64,000 nt of DNA from Thermoplasmata archaeon (GTDB lineage: Archaea; Thermoplasmatota; Thermoplasmata; UBA10834): NCBI GenBank assembly GCA_041548485.1, contig JBFESP010000004.1, positions 33,319 to 97,318 of the forward strand. The letters run 5' to 3'. Position numbers and translations under genes: made by a program. This document shows, piece after piece, positions 9,688-20,056 of the stretch (positions are counted from its first letter, which is position 1; every line of letters begins with the position of its first letter). The notes under the pieces were generated by a model. It was not told the origin of the DNA. It saw only the letters and a program-made list of their open reading frames with translations, and made no database searches.

Positions 9688-10395
9688 CTACCCATAGGGA
9701 TGCTTCCAGACGAAGCTGGTGGAGTGCTCGCTAGAGCTGTCGGGCTGCGGGGAGGCGCTCATGAGCTGACTGAGTCGCACGACCTCCAGCTGCTCGGACT
9801 CCAATGCTCTAGCCACGCCCGGGACGTGTCCATCCCCGATGATGACAACGACGTTCGCATGGTCCTTGGCGATGCCCTGGATCCTCTCCGCCATGATCCT
9901 GTTCCTGTCGTCGATCAGCACCGCCTTCACTGTCGGAAACCTCTCGCCGATCCCCTCGATGTACGCCTCGTCGTTGCTCTGGTACGTCTCCATCTCCTTC
10001 TCGACCGTCTCCTTCGACGATACCAGCCCGACAAGCGCCCCGAAGAGAAGTCCGAACTTCTCCCTGACGGGCATCCTCTTCCAGAGTGTCGCGAGCATAC
10101 GCGAAGCATCCACATCGATGAGCGCCACCCTGGCACCGACATTCCTCGCGGCGGATGCTGCGGCGAGCATCTCGCCGCCGACTTCAGAGCCGAACTTGTC
10201 GGCCATCCGTTTCTGGAACATCGCAAGGAGCGAGTACTGCATCGGCACATGCCTAGAACCATCCTTCTGGAGAAGCGACTGATATCTTGCAGGATCGAGT
10301 TCGAGACAGACCACGTCCGGCCGTCTGGAGCATATCACCTCGTTAACCCTATCGGATATCGAGAACACGTGGCCCACGCCGACCAGAGTGATCAT
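9688..10395 (-). CDS. TraB/GumN (pheromone shutdown) domain protein
   Basis: LVGVGHV, PDVVCLELDPAR, GGEM, LIDDRNRIMA, IGDGHVPG. Confidence 0.85.
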   Translation of the reverse strand: MITLVGVGHVFSISDRVNEVICSRRPDVVCLELDPARYQSLLQKDGSRHVPMQYSLLAMFQKRMADKFGSEVGGEMLAAASAARNVGARVALIDVDASRMLATLWKRMPVREKFGLLFGALVGLVSSKETVEKEMETYQSNDEAYIEGIGERFPTVKAVLIDDRNRIMAERIQGIAKDHANVVVIIGDGHVPGVARALESEQLEVVRLSQLMSASPQPDSSSEHSTSFVWKHPYG

Positions 10396-10448
10396 GGCCT
10401 CTGGCCATCAGGAGAGGGTTTTAATAAAGCTTTTCACAATTTCCGCCC

Positions 10449-11084
10449 GTGACGCGGCTCGTGGTCTTTGACATGGACGGGGTCCTAGCGGATACCGAGA
10501 GCTCATGGACGTATGTTCACCGGCATTTTGGAGTCAACAACGACCACTCGCTCAGAGCTTATCTCGGTGGGGAGATAGACGACCGTGAGTTCATAAGAAG
10601 GGACATCGACCTCTGGAGGGAGAAGGACCCAGCGTTATCGAAGGACTCAGTTCGCAGGATACTCGCCGACGTGCCCACCATGAACGGCGCAGAGGTGGCA
10701 ATCGCAGAGCTCAGGAGGCGGGACATCAGAACAGCCATCGTCTCAGCGGGAATCGACCTCCTCGCCCAGAGGCTCGCCGTAGAGCTCGGGATAGACATGT
10801 TCTTCGCGAACGGATTCGTCGCGGACTGCGAGGGAAGGTTGACTGGCGAGGGCATCCTGAACGTCCGGCTGGCGGAGAAGGGTGAGAAGGTCGCGATAGT
10901 CGCAAACTTGCTCGAAATCGGCAGGGAAGAGGTCGTCAGCGTGGGCAACTCCCGCTTCGACACGCCGATGTTCGACGCATCGGGGATCGGGATAGCGTTC
11001 TGCCCTGCCGACGATGAGGTGCGTGAGAAGGCGGACGTCGTCGTGGAGGACAAAGACCTCAGACTCATACTCGAGTCGGTATGA
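10449..11084 (+). CDS. HAD-IB hydrolase, phosphoserine phosphatase-like
   Basis: FDMDGVL motif I, VSAG motif II, GNSRFD motif IV. Confidence 0.85.
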   Translation: MTRLVVFDMDGVLADTESSWTYVHRHFGVNNDHSLRAYLGGEIDDREFIRRDIDLWREKDPALSKDSVRRILADVPTMNGAEVAIAELRRRDIRTAIVSAGIDLLAQRLAVELGIDMFFANGFVADCEGRLTGEGILNVRLAEKGEKVAIVANLLEIGREEVVSVGNSRFDTPMFDASGIGIAFCPADDEVREKADVVVEDKDLRLILESV

Positions 11085-11088
11085 TCCC

Positions 11089-11745
11089 TCAGTAGCCGTG
11101 CTCCCCGATCAGCGGGACGAATACGCATCCTCCGCAGTTCTCGCTGACCACCTGACCGCCCTTCTTCTCGACCTTCACGAGATCCTGGTACATTCTCCCG
11201 CCGACCGGCACCAGCATCTTGCCGCCGTCCGAGAGTTGATCGATGAGTGGTGATGGGACATCCGGCGCCCCACAGGCGACGAAGATGCGGTCGAAGGGGG
11301 CATTCTCCGGGAGTCCCAGCGATCCATCAGCGGATACCACCGTCACAGCATCGCAGTAGCCTGCTCGCGAGAGGTTGTCCCTGGCGAACTGGACAAGCGA
11401 GTCGACGCGCTCGACCGTGTACACATGGCCTCCAGGGCGGATGAGTTCGGCGACCACCGCAGCGTGGTATCCGGACCCGGCCCCGATTTCGAGCACCCTG
11501 TGACCAGGAGTGAGGTCGAGCTTCTCGGCCATTATGGCAACCATGTGAGGAGCGGATATCGTCTGGCCGCTACCGATCGGGAGCGGAGTGTCGACATAGG
11601 CGTCCGGCCTGAGTCTTGCGGGTACGAACTCCTCCCTACGCACGCGTCTCATGGCGTCCTCGACAGCGGGACTGACGACATACCCCCTTCTGACGAGGCT
11701 ATCGATGAGCCGGTTCCGCCTGTCCTCCACGGCATCCATGGACAT
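11089..11745 (-). CDS. pcm: Protein-L-isoaspartate O-methyltransferase
   Basis: GQTISAPHMVA, VLEIGAGSGY, APFDRI, FVPLIG. Confidence 0.95.
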   Translation of the reverse strand: MSMDAVEDRRNRLIDSLVRRGYVVSPAVEDAMRRVRREEFVPARLRPDAYVDTPLPIGSGQTISAPHMVAIMAEKLDLTPGHRVLEIGAGSGYHAAVVAELIRPGGHVYTVERVDSLVQFARDNLSRAGYCDAVTVVSADGSLGLPENAPFDRIFVACGAPDVPSPLIDQLSDGGKMLVPVGGRMYQDLVKVEKKGGQVVSENCGGCVFVPLIGEHGY

Positions 11746-11796
11746 CGGTGTATCAACGTCCGTCTGCGGAGTTAAACCTTGGCAGGGGCAGCGCCG

Positions 11797-12399
11797 TCAG
11801 CCGGATGTCTTCCTGACGATGTTCGCGTACACGCGGACGATGTCCCGGGCAATCGCAGCTCCCTTCCTGAGCGTTCTAGAATCAGTCTTGATCGTATGGA
11901 TGACCACGCTGCGCTTCCCGACGTCAATCATGTCGCCGATGAAGAACTCCTCGTCGGGAGAAACGATCATATGCTCGGAATAGGTCTTGCCGTGGTGGTT
12001 CACCGAGAAGGGCACCTTCACCTTGTCGAACCGCTTCCCCCATATCGTGTCGATGTTCCTTGCCTCGCAGACCTTGACGCGTGCCCCCTTCGACTCGATA
12101 GATGTCACCAGAACGGGCGTCTCGTCGCACATGATCTCATCGTCCGCGGAGAGCACTTCGTCAGGGCCGAGGGTGATGCTCGTGCGCGTTGACTCGGTCA
12201 GCCAGCTTATCACAACGGGCACGGTGATGGGCTTCTCCCCCTTCATCACAACATGATGCACATGCCCACATGCCCTACACTTAACGGTCGAGTCTAGCAC
12301 TTTCGCGCTTCGACCTGAGATTCTGCCCGCGAGCACCCCGTGGAGCGTCTCCTCCTTGCAGGACGGGCATTCGACCATCACCGAGGTAGGCGTCGTCAT
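11797..12399 (-). CDS. Archaeal zinc-finger protein (HVO_0476-like)
   Basis: CPSC...CRACGHVH followed by two repeated beta-rich domains; adjacent to pcm. Confidence 0.75.
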   Translation of the reverse strand: MTTPTSVMVECPSCKEETLHGVLAGRISGRSAKVLDSTVKCRACGHVHHVVMKGEKPITVPVVISWLTESTRTSITLGPDEVLSADDEIMCDETPVLVTSIESKGARVKVCEARNIDTIWGKRFDKVKVPFSVNHHGKTYSEHMIVSPDEEFFIGDMIDVGKRSVVIHTIKTDSRTLRKGAAIARDIVRVYANIVRKTSG

Positions 12400-12427
12400 C
12401 GCAACCGGCCAATAAGACTAGTACGAT

Positions 12428-13024
12428 TTACTTCTTTCTCAGGATCTCGAACGGTGGGCCATGACCGGGCACGACCACATCGGCCAGGCTGATCACCCTC
12501 TCCATGCTCGAGACCGCCAAACGACGGTCGACATGTATCGCTGGAGGGGTCATGCTCTCATAGTTTGACCTGGTGGGAAGCGCATCGCCACTTACGACGT
12601 AGTCCCTGTCCGACTTGACGAGGACCGATATGCTCCCTTTCGTATGACCTGGCGTCTCGATAACGGAGACTCCCTCGCATATCTCGGTCCCTTCTTCGGC
12701 GGCCATCGTGCCGATGGGGGGGTCCTCCAAGCGGTGGGCATACCTCCTCGCGTTGGGGAACACTTCGTTCCCTCCGCAGTGGTCCATGTGCAGATGCGTG
12801 TTGACCACCACATCGATCTCCTCAGACGAGATATTGGCGCCAGCAAGTGCCGCAGCCAACTCACCAATCCTGGCATACGCGCCCGTATCGACGACAATGA
12901 GCAGTTCCTCAGATATGATCAATGTGACCGTGGAAGATGCGTCGATTATGCGGGCGCCGTCATCTCTCACGATGTATCCCTCGCACAGGACGTGTGCTCT
13001 CGTCTCCGTCGACCCGCCGCTCAA
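12428..13024 (-). CDS. MBL-fold metallo-hydrolase
   Basis: THLHMDHCGG, TPGH, SGD, PGH; probable TTG start at 13024 overlapping the rhomboid TGA. Confidence 0.88.
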   Translation of the reverse strand: MSGGSTETRAHVLCEGYIVRDDGARIIDASSTVTLIISEELLIVVDTGAYARIGELAAALAGANISSEEIDVVVNTHLHMDHCGGNEVFPNARRYAHRLEDPPIGTMAAEEGTEICEGVSVIETPGHTKGSISVLVKSDRDYVVSGDALPTRSNYESMTPPAIHVDRRLAVSSMERVISLADVVVPGHGPPFEILRKK

Positions 13025-13902
13025 AGAAGATGCCCCCGACCGCACATGACGGACCCGCTCGTGATTTTGATCGGCGCGCCGCAGTGGGGGCATCTCGCTT
13101 TCGAGAGGAATTGCTCGATCCAGGCGCTCCTCACATCGGCAATCTCCTCCACCTCTATCCGTCTGAGCATCGCCTTGAGCTCCGGCGTATTCGCGAGCTT
13201 CCGGAGGGCGTTCATGGAGATCATCCGCTTGACGCGTCTATGAAGTGGCAGGCGCGCGATATACGGCGCGATGAGCATGCCGCCGAGTAGTCCACCTATG
13301 TGCGCCTCCCAGGCGATGTTGGTGTTTCCGAATACGAGCGCGATCTGCATCATGACGAAGATAGCGACGATGACCCAAACCTGCATCGGCGGGAGCGGGA
13401 AGAACATCAGGAACATCCGCATCCGCTCGTAAGGATACATCCTCGCAAACGCGCCCAGCACGCCACTGATCGCTCCGGAGGCGCCGACGACGAACAAGGG
13501 GAAGTCGTTCCACCTCAGCGCCGCGAACACCAGGGTCCCGCAAAGGCCGGCGAACAAGTAGATTATGATGAAGGGCCTGGGCCCGATCCTCTGCTCGAAT
13601 ATCGTCCCGATGAACGCCAGACCAATCACGTTGAAGAGGAGGTGGTAGATGCCCGCGTGGGCGTACATCGATGTGACGACAGTGTACATCCTGTCGAGAT
13701 GTAGGATGTCCTGCGGACTGAATGCGATGTCGATGAACGTGGGGCTCCAGGTATAGTGACCATAGTTCGGGGCCAGGAGTTCTACCCCGAAAACCATCAC
13801 ACAGCAGGCGCTCGCCACCATCGAGTAGCTGAACTGCCTCCAATACGAATACACCAGCCCGCCCACGATGATTGCGATTACGACGATGACCCAGGGATTC
13901 AT
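13021..13902 (-). CDS. Rhomboid family intramembrane serine protease with C-terminal Cys/His motif
   Basis: HAGIYHLLFN, GASG (catalytic Ser), AHIGG (catalytic His); C-terminal CPHC...CGRGH. Confidence 0.9.
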   Translation of the reverse strand: MNPWVIVVIAIIVGGLVYSYWRQFSYSMVASACCVMVFGVELLAPNYGHYTWSPTFIDIAFSPQDILHLDRMYTVVTSMYAHAGIYHLLFNVIGLAFIGTIFEQRIGPRPFIIIYLFAGLCGTLVFAALRWNDFPLFVVGASGAISGVLGAFARMYPYERMRMFLMFFPLPPMQVWVIVAIFVMMQIALVFGNTNIAWEAHIGGLLGGMLIAPYIARLPLHRRVKRMISMNALRKLANTPELKAMLRRIEVEEIADVRSAWIEQFLSKARCPHCGAPIKITSGSVMCGRGHLL

Positions 13903-13971
13903 CCTTTAGCTCCTTGGAAGGCTGCCAGCGGTCAGGTTAATGCAACATGGTAGTAAAACCTTAAGCATCTC

Positions 13972-14586
13972 ATGACGGATACTAGACCGATGAAGCTCGA
14001 CCAGTCGATAGATATCGACACGCATCCCGACGTATACGACCCGAACGAGGATTCGTATCTCATGCTGAAGGTCGTGGAGGTCAAGGAAGGCGAGACGTTT
14101 CTGGAGATGGGCTCCGGAACTGGGCTGACCGCCATTCACGCGGCGAAGGCTGGCGCGAGGGTGACAGCCGCGGACATCAACCCCAGCGCCGTCAAATGCA
14201 CCCGTAGGAACGCGCTGAAGAGTGGTGTGAGCGTGCGCGTCATCGAGAGCGACCTCTTCGAGAACGTCGAGGGCGTCTTCGACGTCATCGCATTCAATCC
14301 GCCGTATCTCGCATCCGAGGATACGACCACGGCGTGGATAGAGAGGTCCTGGAGCGGCGGCAGGGACGGCACGGACACCTCAGGGAGGTTTCTCGACGAG
14401 GCCTGGAAGCATCTGACCCCAAACGGAAGGGTGTACATGATACTCTCATCCTTGGGGAGCCTGAGAACGTTGCTCAGGATGGCAAAGGGACACTACCGCT
14501 CCACTATGATCGAGGAGGAACACATGTTCTTCGAATCGATCTTCGCCTACAGGTTCGACCTCGTGAATCTGGCCGCCGATAGGTAG
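13972..14586 (+). CDS. HemK2/PrmC-type release factor glutamine methyltransferase
   Basis: VYDPNEDSYL, LEMGSGTG, FNPPY. Confidence 0.88.
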   Translation: MTDTRPMKLDQSIDIDTHPDVYDPNEDSYLMLKVVEVKEGETFLEMGSGTGLTAIHAAKAGARVTAADINPSAVKCTRRNALKSGVSVRVIESDLFENVEGVFDVIAFNPPYLASEDTTTAWIERSWSGGRDGTDTSGRFLDEAWKHLTPNGRVYMILSSLGSLRTLLRMAKGHYRSTMIEEEHMFFESIFAYRFDLVNLAADR

Positions 14587-14646
14587 GCCAGAAGTATTAT
14601 AAAGGCCCCCTAGCCATCTCCCAAATCCATCCCAGGATGGGTCGTC

Positions 14647-14835
14647 ATGGCGGAACAGAGGAAGAGGAAGTACAACGACGAACAGAGCCTAGAGGAGCTC
14701 TGCAGAAGTTTCCTCGAATGCAGAGAGGACGACGACGGCGCGGCGATTGAGTACTGCAAGGGCTTCCTCGATGTGCTTTCGAAGAAGGATGTCAAGACAG
14801 GAGCCGTTTTATCTTCTCGTTCAAAACCTCACTGA
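14647..14835 (+). CDS. Possible small hypothetical protein
   Basis: TATA-like TATTATAAA about 45 bp upstream; 3' end overlaps gatE by 44 bp. Confidence 0.35.
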   Translation: MAEQRKRKYNDEQSLEELCRSFLECREDDDGAAIEYCKGFLDVLSKKDVKTGAVLSSRSKPH

Positions 14836-16675
14836 TGACTTTGCCGTCCACTTTTCCACGAAGCTCCTTCATCACCACACCCATGAGGGGGCCGAGGCTA
14901 GCCGCCCCGCGCTCTCTGATGAACTCCTCGCGCTCTGTGACGACACGCTCGCATAGAGCATCGAGGGCTTCATTGTCGATGGCTCCAACACCGGTGTGCT
15001 CGACCGCCTCGGAGACATCATATGACCCGCTCCTGACCATCCACGCGAGAAGCTCGGGGACGGCCTCCTTCGCGAAGGCGTCCTCTCGGAACTGAGTCAA
15101 GAGGGTTCTGAGCAGCTCGACGTCCAATCTCGCGACGGACAGACCCGCCTTCTCCAGCTCTGGAAACGTGTGGAGGTACACCCTCGCGACGACCTGCGGA
15201 TTTCCCAGGGACTTCGCAAGGAGCTCGAACTCGTCGTCGTATCCGGAGTTCATGAGGGCGTCGGCCTGGCTCCTGCTCAGCCCGTAATCCTTCACGAACC
15301 TGGCCATCGTCTCCTCGGGCAACTCTGGCATGTTCAATCTGATGCTGTCCAATACGTCGCCGTCCGCCCTGATCGGTCGCACATCGGTCTCGGGGTACAT
15401 CCTATCCTTGCCCGGAAGAGGCCTGCTGTATACCGACTTGCCGTCCGGGAGCGGATCCCTAGTCTCCTCTGGGACACCGTCCAGTCCCGCGTTCGCTCGG
15501 TCTACCGCTCTGGCAAGCGCGGCGCGCGCGCGCCCGGCGTCGTCGGCGATCAGGACGAATGCGTCCTCCTCACCCATCTTCAAGGCGTCCCGGATCAGCG
15601 CGACCTCCTTATCGGTGATCCCGTATCCTGGAAGCTCATCCGAGTGGAACAGACCCTTCACCCCGGAGACGCGTGCGTGGGCGGCGAGTTCCGCACCGAG
15701 CCGGCCTACGCCGTCCTCGGTCCGGGACAGCGTGTTGGCGAACTTCGGGAGCTTGGCGGCCAGGACCTTACCGCCAGACCCGATTGCCGAGGCAATGACT
15801 CCGCACCCGGAGCCCATGAGGGGTTGTGTGAGGTCCATGACGTCAGCAGACACCTTACCGGCGCCCCGCCGCCTGAGGAGATCCTTGACCTCCAGGAGCG
15901 CTAGTTGGCGCTTGACCTCCTCTTCTACATACACCGGCAGAAGCCTGAGCTCCTGGGCGCCCTTTATCTCCACGCGCGCGCCGCCAGGGATCGATATGTT
16001 CAGATCTTCGCGTATCGTGCCGATGCCGCGCCTCACCTTACGGGTGGCTCTCAGCAGAGAGCCCAATCGAAGCGCGACCTGTCTGGTCTCCTCGGGCGTG
16101 CTGATGTCAGGCCCCGTGGCAATCTCTATGAGCGGGATACCCAGCCGGTCCAACCGGTAAGTGACCTCCGACCCCTGCTCGGACATCTTCCTGGCCGCAT
16201 CCTCCTCAAGGCAGACGGACAGTATCGATATCCTGTTGCCAGATACCTCCAGATAGCCGTCGGATGCGACCAGCGCCGTCCGCTGGAAGCCGCAAGTGTT
16301 CGAGCCATCTATGACAATCTTCCGCATGAAATGGATCTCGTCTACCGGTGTCGCGTTGAGTAGAAAGGTCATCTCCATCGCCGCTCCGATGGCAAGCTTG
16401 TTGGCGTCGTGGGGGGGCTCCTCGTCCGCCTCGACGAGGCATGAGCAGCTGACGGACTGATACCTGAAGTGCAGCTTCCGTTCAGCCTCCTCGAGCGCCG
16501 CCCTGTCGATCTCACCCATCTCGCTCTGGGTCGGCCTGAGCCTCCGGACGAACTCCTGTCTGTAGTCGTCCACGAGAGTCGAGTCGCAGTCGCAGAACAG
16601 CTTCCCGGTGTTGAGCTGCTGGTGTATCTCGAGGCCGACCCGAAGGCCGAGTGTGCGATAGTCCACTTCAGACAC
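14792..16675 (-). CDS. gatE: Glu-tRNA(Gln) amidotransferase subunit E
   Basis: GLEIHQQL, MRKIVIDGSN, RLDRLGIPLIEI, RMYPETD. Confidence 0.97.
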   Translation of the reverse strand: MSEVDYRTLGLRVGLEIHQQLNTGKLFCDCDSTLVDDYRQEFVRRLRPTQSEMGEIDRAALEEAERKLHFRYQSVSCSCLVEADEEPPHDANKLAIGAAMEMTFLLNATPVDEIHFMRKIVIDGSNTCGFQRTALVASDGYLEVSGNRISILSVCLEEDAARKMSEQGSEVTYRLDRLGIPLIEIATGPDISTPEETRQVALRLGSLLRATRKVRRGIGTIREDLNISIPGGARVEIKGAQELRLLPVYVEEEVKRQLALLEVKDLLRRRGAGKVSADVMDLTQPLMGSGCGVIASAIGSGGKVLAAKLPKFANTLSRTEDGVGRLGAELAAHARVSGVKGLFHSDELPGYGITDKEVALIRDALKMGEEDAFVLIADDAGRARAALARAVDRANAGLDGVPEETRDPLPDGKSVYSRPLPGKDRMYPETDVRPIRADGDVLDSIRLNMPELPEETMARFVKDYGLSRSQADALMNSGYDDEFELLAKSLGNPQVVARVYLHTFPELEKAGLSVARLDVELLRTLLTQFREDAFAKEAVPELLAWMVRSGSYDVSEAVEHTGVGAIDNEALDALCERVVTEREEFIRERGAASLGPLMGVVMKELRGKVDGKVISEVLNEKIKRLLS

Positions 16676-17957
16676 TTCTCCTCGCCGTGATCTCTCCTGC
16701 GACGTCAGCGAGCATGATGTCTCTGACCTCCGAGGGGTCGTCGCTCTGCCCCATCGCCCACATGAGCTTCACATAGGCGGTCTCTGGAAGCATGTCGCCG
16801 AGCGGCACCACGCCTGCGGACAGCATGTCGCGACCCGTCGAGTAGACGTTGAGGTTGACCGCTCCGTACAGGCATTGCGTGGTCGCCATGACGTGCACCC
16901 CTTGCTTCACCGCCTTGCCAATGGACTCAATCAGCCGCTCCGACACGTGACCCAGACCGGTCCCGGCGATCACCACGCCCTCGACATTACCAGCTATCAT
17001 GTCGAAATGCTCAGGCTCGAAGCCGGGGTAGAAGTGTAGCATGCTGACCTTCGAGTTCATCTTGTCCCTGACCTCGACCGGTCCAGCCGCACGCCTGGAG
17101 TATTCGGAGGCGTAGACCGTCTCGCCGCCCTCAACGTGGGCTATCGGCTCGACGTTGACGCTCCTGAACGCGTCGCGTCTCGACGCGTGCAGCTTCCGCA
17201 CCTTGGTCCCCCTGTGGACGACGCAGCTCGTATCCGATACGCTGCCGTGCATCACGACCACGACCTCGCCGATGTCGCTCTCGACGCAGACACGGGCTGC
17301 GGCGAGGAGGTTCATGGTTGCGTCGGAGGACGGACGGTCGGATGAACGCTGCGACCCGACACACACGACGGGTCCCGTGAGGCTCTTGAGCATGAACGAA
17401 AGGGCGGCGGAGGTGAAACCCATCGTGTCCGTGCCGTGGGGAATGATCACACCCGAGGCGCCATGGTTGAGCTCGTCCGCCGCAGCCTTCGCCAGCTCCT
17501 GCCAGTGTGAAACCTCCATGTTCTCGCTGTATATCGAGCAGAGCACAGTGGCCTTCACGTCGCAGAGGTCCATCAGCTCCGGAACCGAGAACACCAGCTC
17601 CTCAGCGGACTTGGCGGGATGCACCGCCCCCGTCCGGTAGTCGACATACGATGCGATCGTCCCGCCGGTCCCAAGGAACGACACGTTCTTCTTCTCCGAA
17701 TCAGGAGGCATCACGCGCTTGACGGACGACTTGGCCTGCTTCTTGGATAGGAGCTTCGCAGAAGCTCCTTTCTCGACGGACAATCCGACGTTGTATCCGC
17801 TGGTAAGTTTGAGCGTGATCATATCGTGGCCGCTGAAGTCGTGGTGAGGCATCAGCGTACCCCGGTGGACCTGCCGGTCCAGGATGACCTCGATCTCGTC
17901 ACCGACCTCGGCTCCCGCCTCTGACAGCAGTTGACCGGCTCGGCCAGGATATCTCAT
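16668..17957 (-). CDS. gatD: Glu-tRNA(Gln) amidotransferase subunit D
   Basis: KLTSGYNVG, TGGTIASYVDY, HGTDTM, GSQRSSDRPSSD; start set to ATG 17957. Confidence 0.96.
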   Translation of the reverse strand: MRYPGRAGQLLSEAGAEVGDEIEVILDRQVHRGTLMPHHDFSGHDMITLKLTSGYNVGLSVEKGASAKLLSKKQAKSSVKRVMPPDSEKKNVSFLGTGGTIASYVDYRTGAVHPAKSAEELVFSVPELMDLCDVKATVLCSIYSENMEVSHWQELAKAAADELNHGASGVIIPHGTDTMGFTSAALSFMLKSLTGPVVCVGSQRSSDRPSSDATMNLLAAARVCVESDIGEVVVVMHGSVSDTSCVVHRGTKVRKLHASRRDAFRSVNVEPIAHVEGGETVYASEYSRRAAGPVEVRDKMNSKVSMLHFYPGFEPEHFDMIAGNVEGVVIAGTGLGHVSERLIESIGKAVKQGVHVMATTQCLYGAVNLNVYSTGRDMLSAGVVPLGDMLPETAYVKLMWAMGQSDDPSEVRDIMLADVAGEITARRSV

Positions 17958-18091
17958 GGTGCGGTAGATGGGATTTGTCGCATTAAATGATTTGCTGGCA
18001 CCGGCGGGAGCCATCCCTCAAAACACGTCCCTCAAGACGTTGGAACAACATACTTAAGATGTGAACTTGATGCACCGACCGGGAGCATAAG

Positions 18092-19417
18092 ATGAAGATA
18101 CTGGCCGTCGGTGGAGGGGGAAGGGAACACGCGATCGTCGAGGCATTGGCGCGTTCCGGCGCGGACATCTATGTCTGCATGAAGAACAACAACCCGGGCA
18201 TCGCCAGGAGGGCGAAGGACTGCCTCTTGGCGGAGGAGACCGACGTCACGAAGGTGGTCGACTACGCGGTGGCGAAGGGGGTCTCCGTGGCGGTCATCGG
18301 GCCGGAGGCTCCTCTCGAGGTCGGATTGGCCGACAAGCTGGAGGCTGCAGGGATACCAACCGCGAGTCCCACGGCGGCGGCTGCCAGGATTGAGACTTCC
18401 AAGAGCTTCACCCGCGGCCTCATGGAGGAGAGACGCATGAAGGGGCGGGCCAGGTTCGTGGTCGCCGACGACATGGCTGCTGCGGGCAGGGCGATAGATG
18501 AGCTGGGAGAGAGCGTGGTCGTCAAACCCGCGGGGCTGACTGGCGGAAAGGGCGTCAAGGTGTTCGGTGAGCATCTGATGTCAAGGAAGGACATGCTCGC
18601 ATACGCAGGAGAGATATTCGACAAGAGGATAGGCGGGAGCGCACAGCTCGTCATCGAGGAGAAGCTGGTGGGCGAGGAGTTCACACTGCAGGCTTTCTGC
18701 GACGGCTCAGGATTGGCGCCCATGCCGGCCGTCCAGGACCACAAACGTGCGTTCGAGGGGGACACCGGCCCGAACACGGGCGGCATGGGATCATATTCAC
18801 AGGCGGATGGCCTTCTCCCATTCCTGAGCAGGAGCGACTACGATGACGCTGTCGACATCATGCGCGAGGTCGTCGGGGCTTTGCGGGCAATGGGGACGGA
18901 ATACAGGGGCACCCTATACGGCCAGTTCATGCTCACAAAGGAGGGACCCAAGGTCATCGAGTTCAACGCGAGGTTCGGAGACCCGGAGGCGATGAATGTC
19001 CTGTCGATAATCGACAGCGACTTCGCGGGCATATGCGAGAAGATGGCAGACGGGGGCATATCTCCGAAGGATGCCGATTTCGCGCCCAGATCGACGGTGT
19101 GCAAGTACGTCGTTCCCGAAGGATACGGCACTAAGCCCATGGCCGGCGAGGAGATACGCATCGACGAGACGGCGATCGCAGGCGAGGGGGCCGTGCTCTA
19201 CTATGCGAACGTGAACGAGAAGGATGGAAGGCTCTACACAACCACATCCCGGTCGGCCGGTATAGTCGGGGTCGCCGACGACGTCGAGGATGCAGAGGTC
19301 ATCGCGGAGAACGCTATCCGGCACGTCTCCGGGATGATAGCGGTCCGCCACGATATCGGCAAGAGGGACGTACTCGACGCCAGGGTCCGCCATATGCGTG
19401 AGATAAGGGGGGAATAG
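18092..19417 (+). CDS. purD: Phosphoribosylamine--glycine ligase
   Basis: GGGGREHA, QDHKR, GPNTGGMG, EFNARFGDPE. Confidence 0.97.
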   Translation: MKILAVGGGGREHAIVEALARSGADIYVCMKNNNPGIARRAKDCLLAEETDVTKVVDYAVAKGVSVAVIGPEAPLEVGLADKLEAAGIPTASPTAAAARIETSKSFTRGLMEERRMKGRARFVVADDMAAAGRAIDELGESVVVKPAGLTGGKGVKVFGEHLMSRKDMLAYAGEIFDKRIGGSAQLVIEEKLVGEEFTLQAFCDGSGLAPMPAVQDHKRAFEGDTGPNTGGMGSYSQADGLLPFLSRSDYDDAVDIMREVVGALRAMGTEYRGTLYGQFMLTKEGPKVIEFNARFGDPEAMNVLSIIDSDFAGICEKMADGGISPKDADFAPRSTVCKYVVPEGYGTKPMAGEEIRIDETAIAGEGAVLYYANVNEKDGRLYTTTSRSAGIVGVADDVEDAEVIAENAIRHVSGMIAVRHDIGKRDVLDARVRHMREIRGE

Positions 19418-19420
19418 CAG

Positions 19421-20047
19421 ATGGACAATCTCGAATCGGTCATCGCTAGAATCGAGGCCGAGCTCGATGAGAAGGACCAGATAAGGGAGATAGCGCTCAA
19501 GTCCTCGAGGGCGGTCGTTCGCCTCTCCGGCTCCGTGCTGAAGGGTCTCCACAGACGGGATGACGTTAAGAGTCAGCTCGCCGAGCTGAAGGACGAGACT
19601 TCCAGGCTATCTAGCCTGCTCGGGGAGCACCCAGACCTCAAGCGGGCGGGATATGTGGAGAGCGCCTTCCAGGAGTACGCGGAGGTGGGGATTGTGATGT
19701 CTCTCCTTGAGAGGGACGACGTGCCCACGCTCGAGGAGCTGGGGATTGGCAGCGCTCCGTACCTGCTCGCTCTCGGGGACGTCGTCGGTGAGTTGAGGAG
19801 GTTCGCCCTCGAGGAACTCAGGAGGGGGAACGCCGACAGAGCGAGCCATTTCCTGGACAGGATGGAGGACCTCTACCACGCGCTGATACGGTTCGACTAT
19901 CCTGACGCCATCGCCTCGGTCAGACACAAACAGGACGTCGCCCGGAGCCTCCTGGAGAAGACCAGAGGGGACGTCGCCGTAGCCGTCAGCACACGGCGCC
20001 TACACGACAAGCTGGAGGACCTGCTGGGCAAGCCCGACCAAGGCTGA
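19421..20047 (+). CDS. Translin/C3PO family protein
   Basis: REIALKSSR, QEYAE, YLLALGDVVGELRR, RHKQDVAR. Confidence 0.85.
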   Translation: MDNLESVIARIEAELDEKDQIREIALKSSRAVVRLSGSVLKGLHRRDDVKSQLAELKDETSRLSSLLGEHPDLKRAGYVESAFQEYAEVGIVMSLLERDDVPTLEELGIGSAPYLLALGDVVGELRRFALEELRRGNADRASHFLDRMEDLYHALIRFDYPDAIASVRHKQDVARSLLEKTRGDVAVAVSTRRLHDKLEDLLGKPDQG

Positions 20048-20056
20048 TGGACCCGA

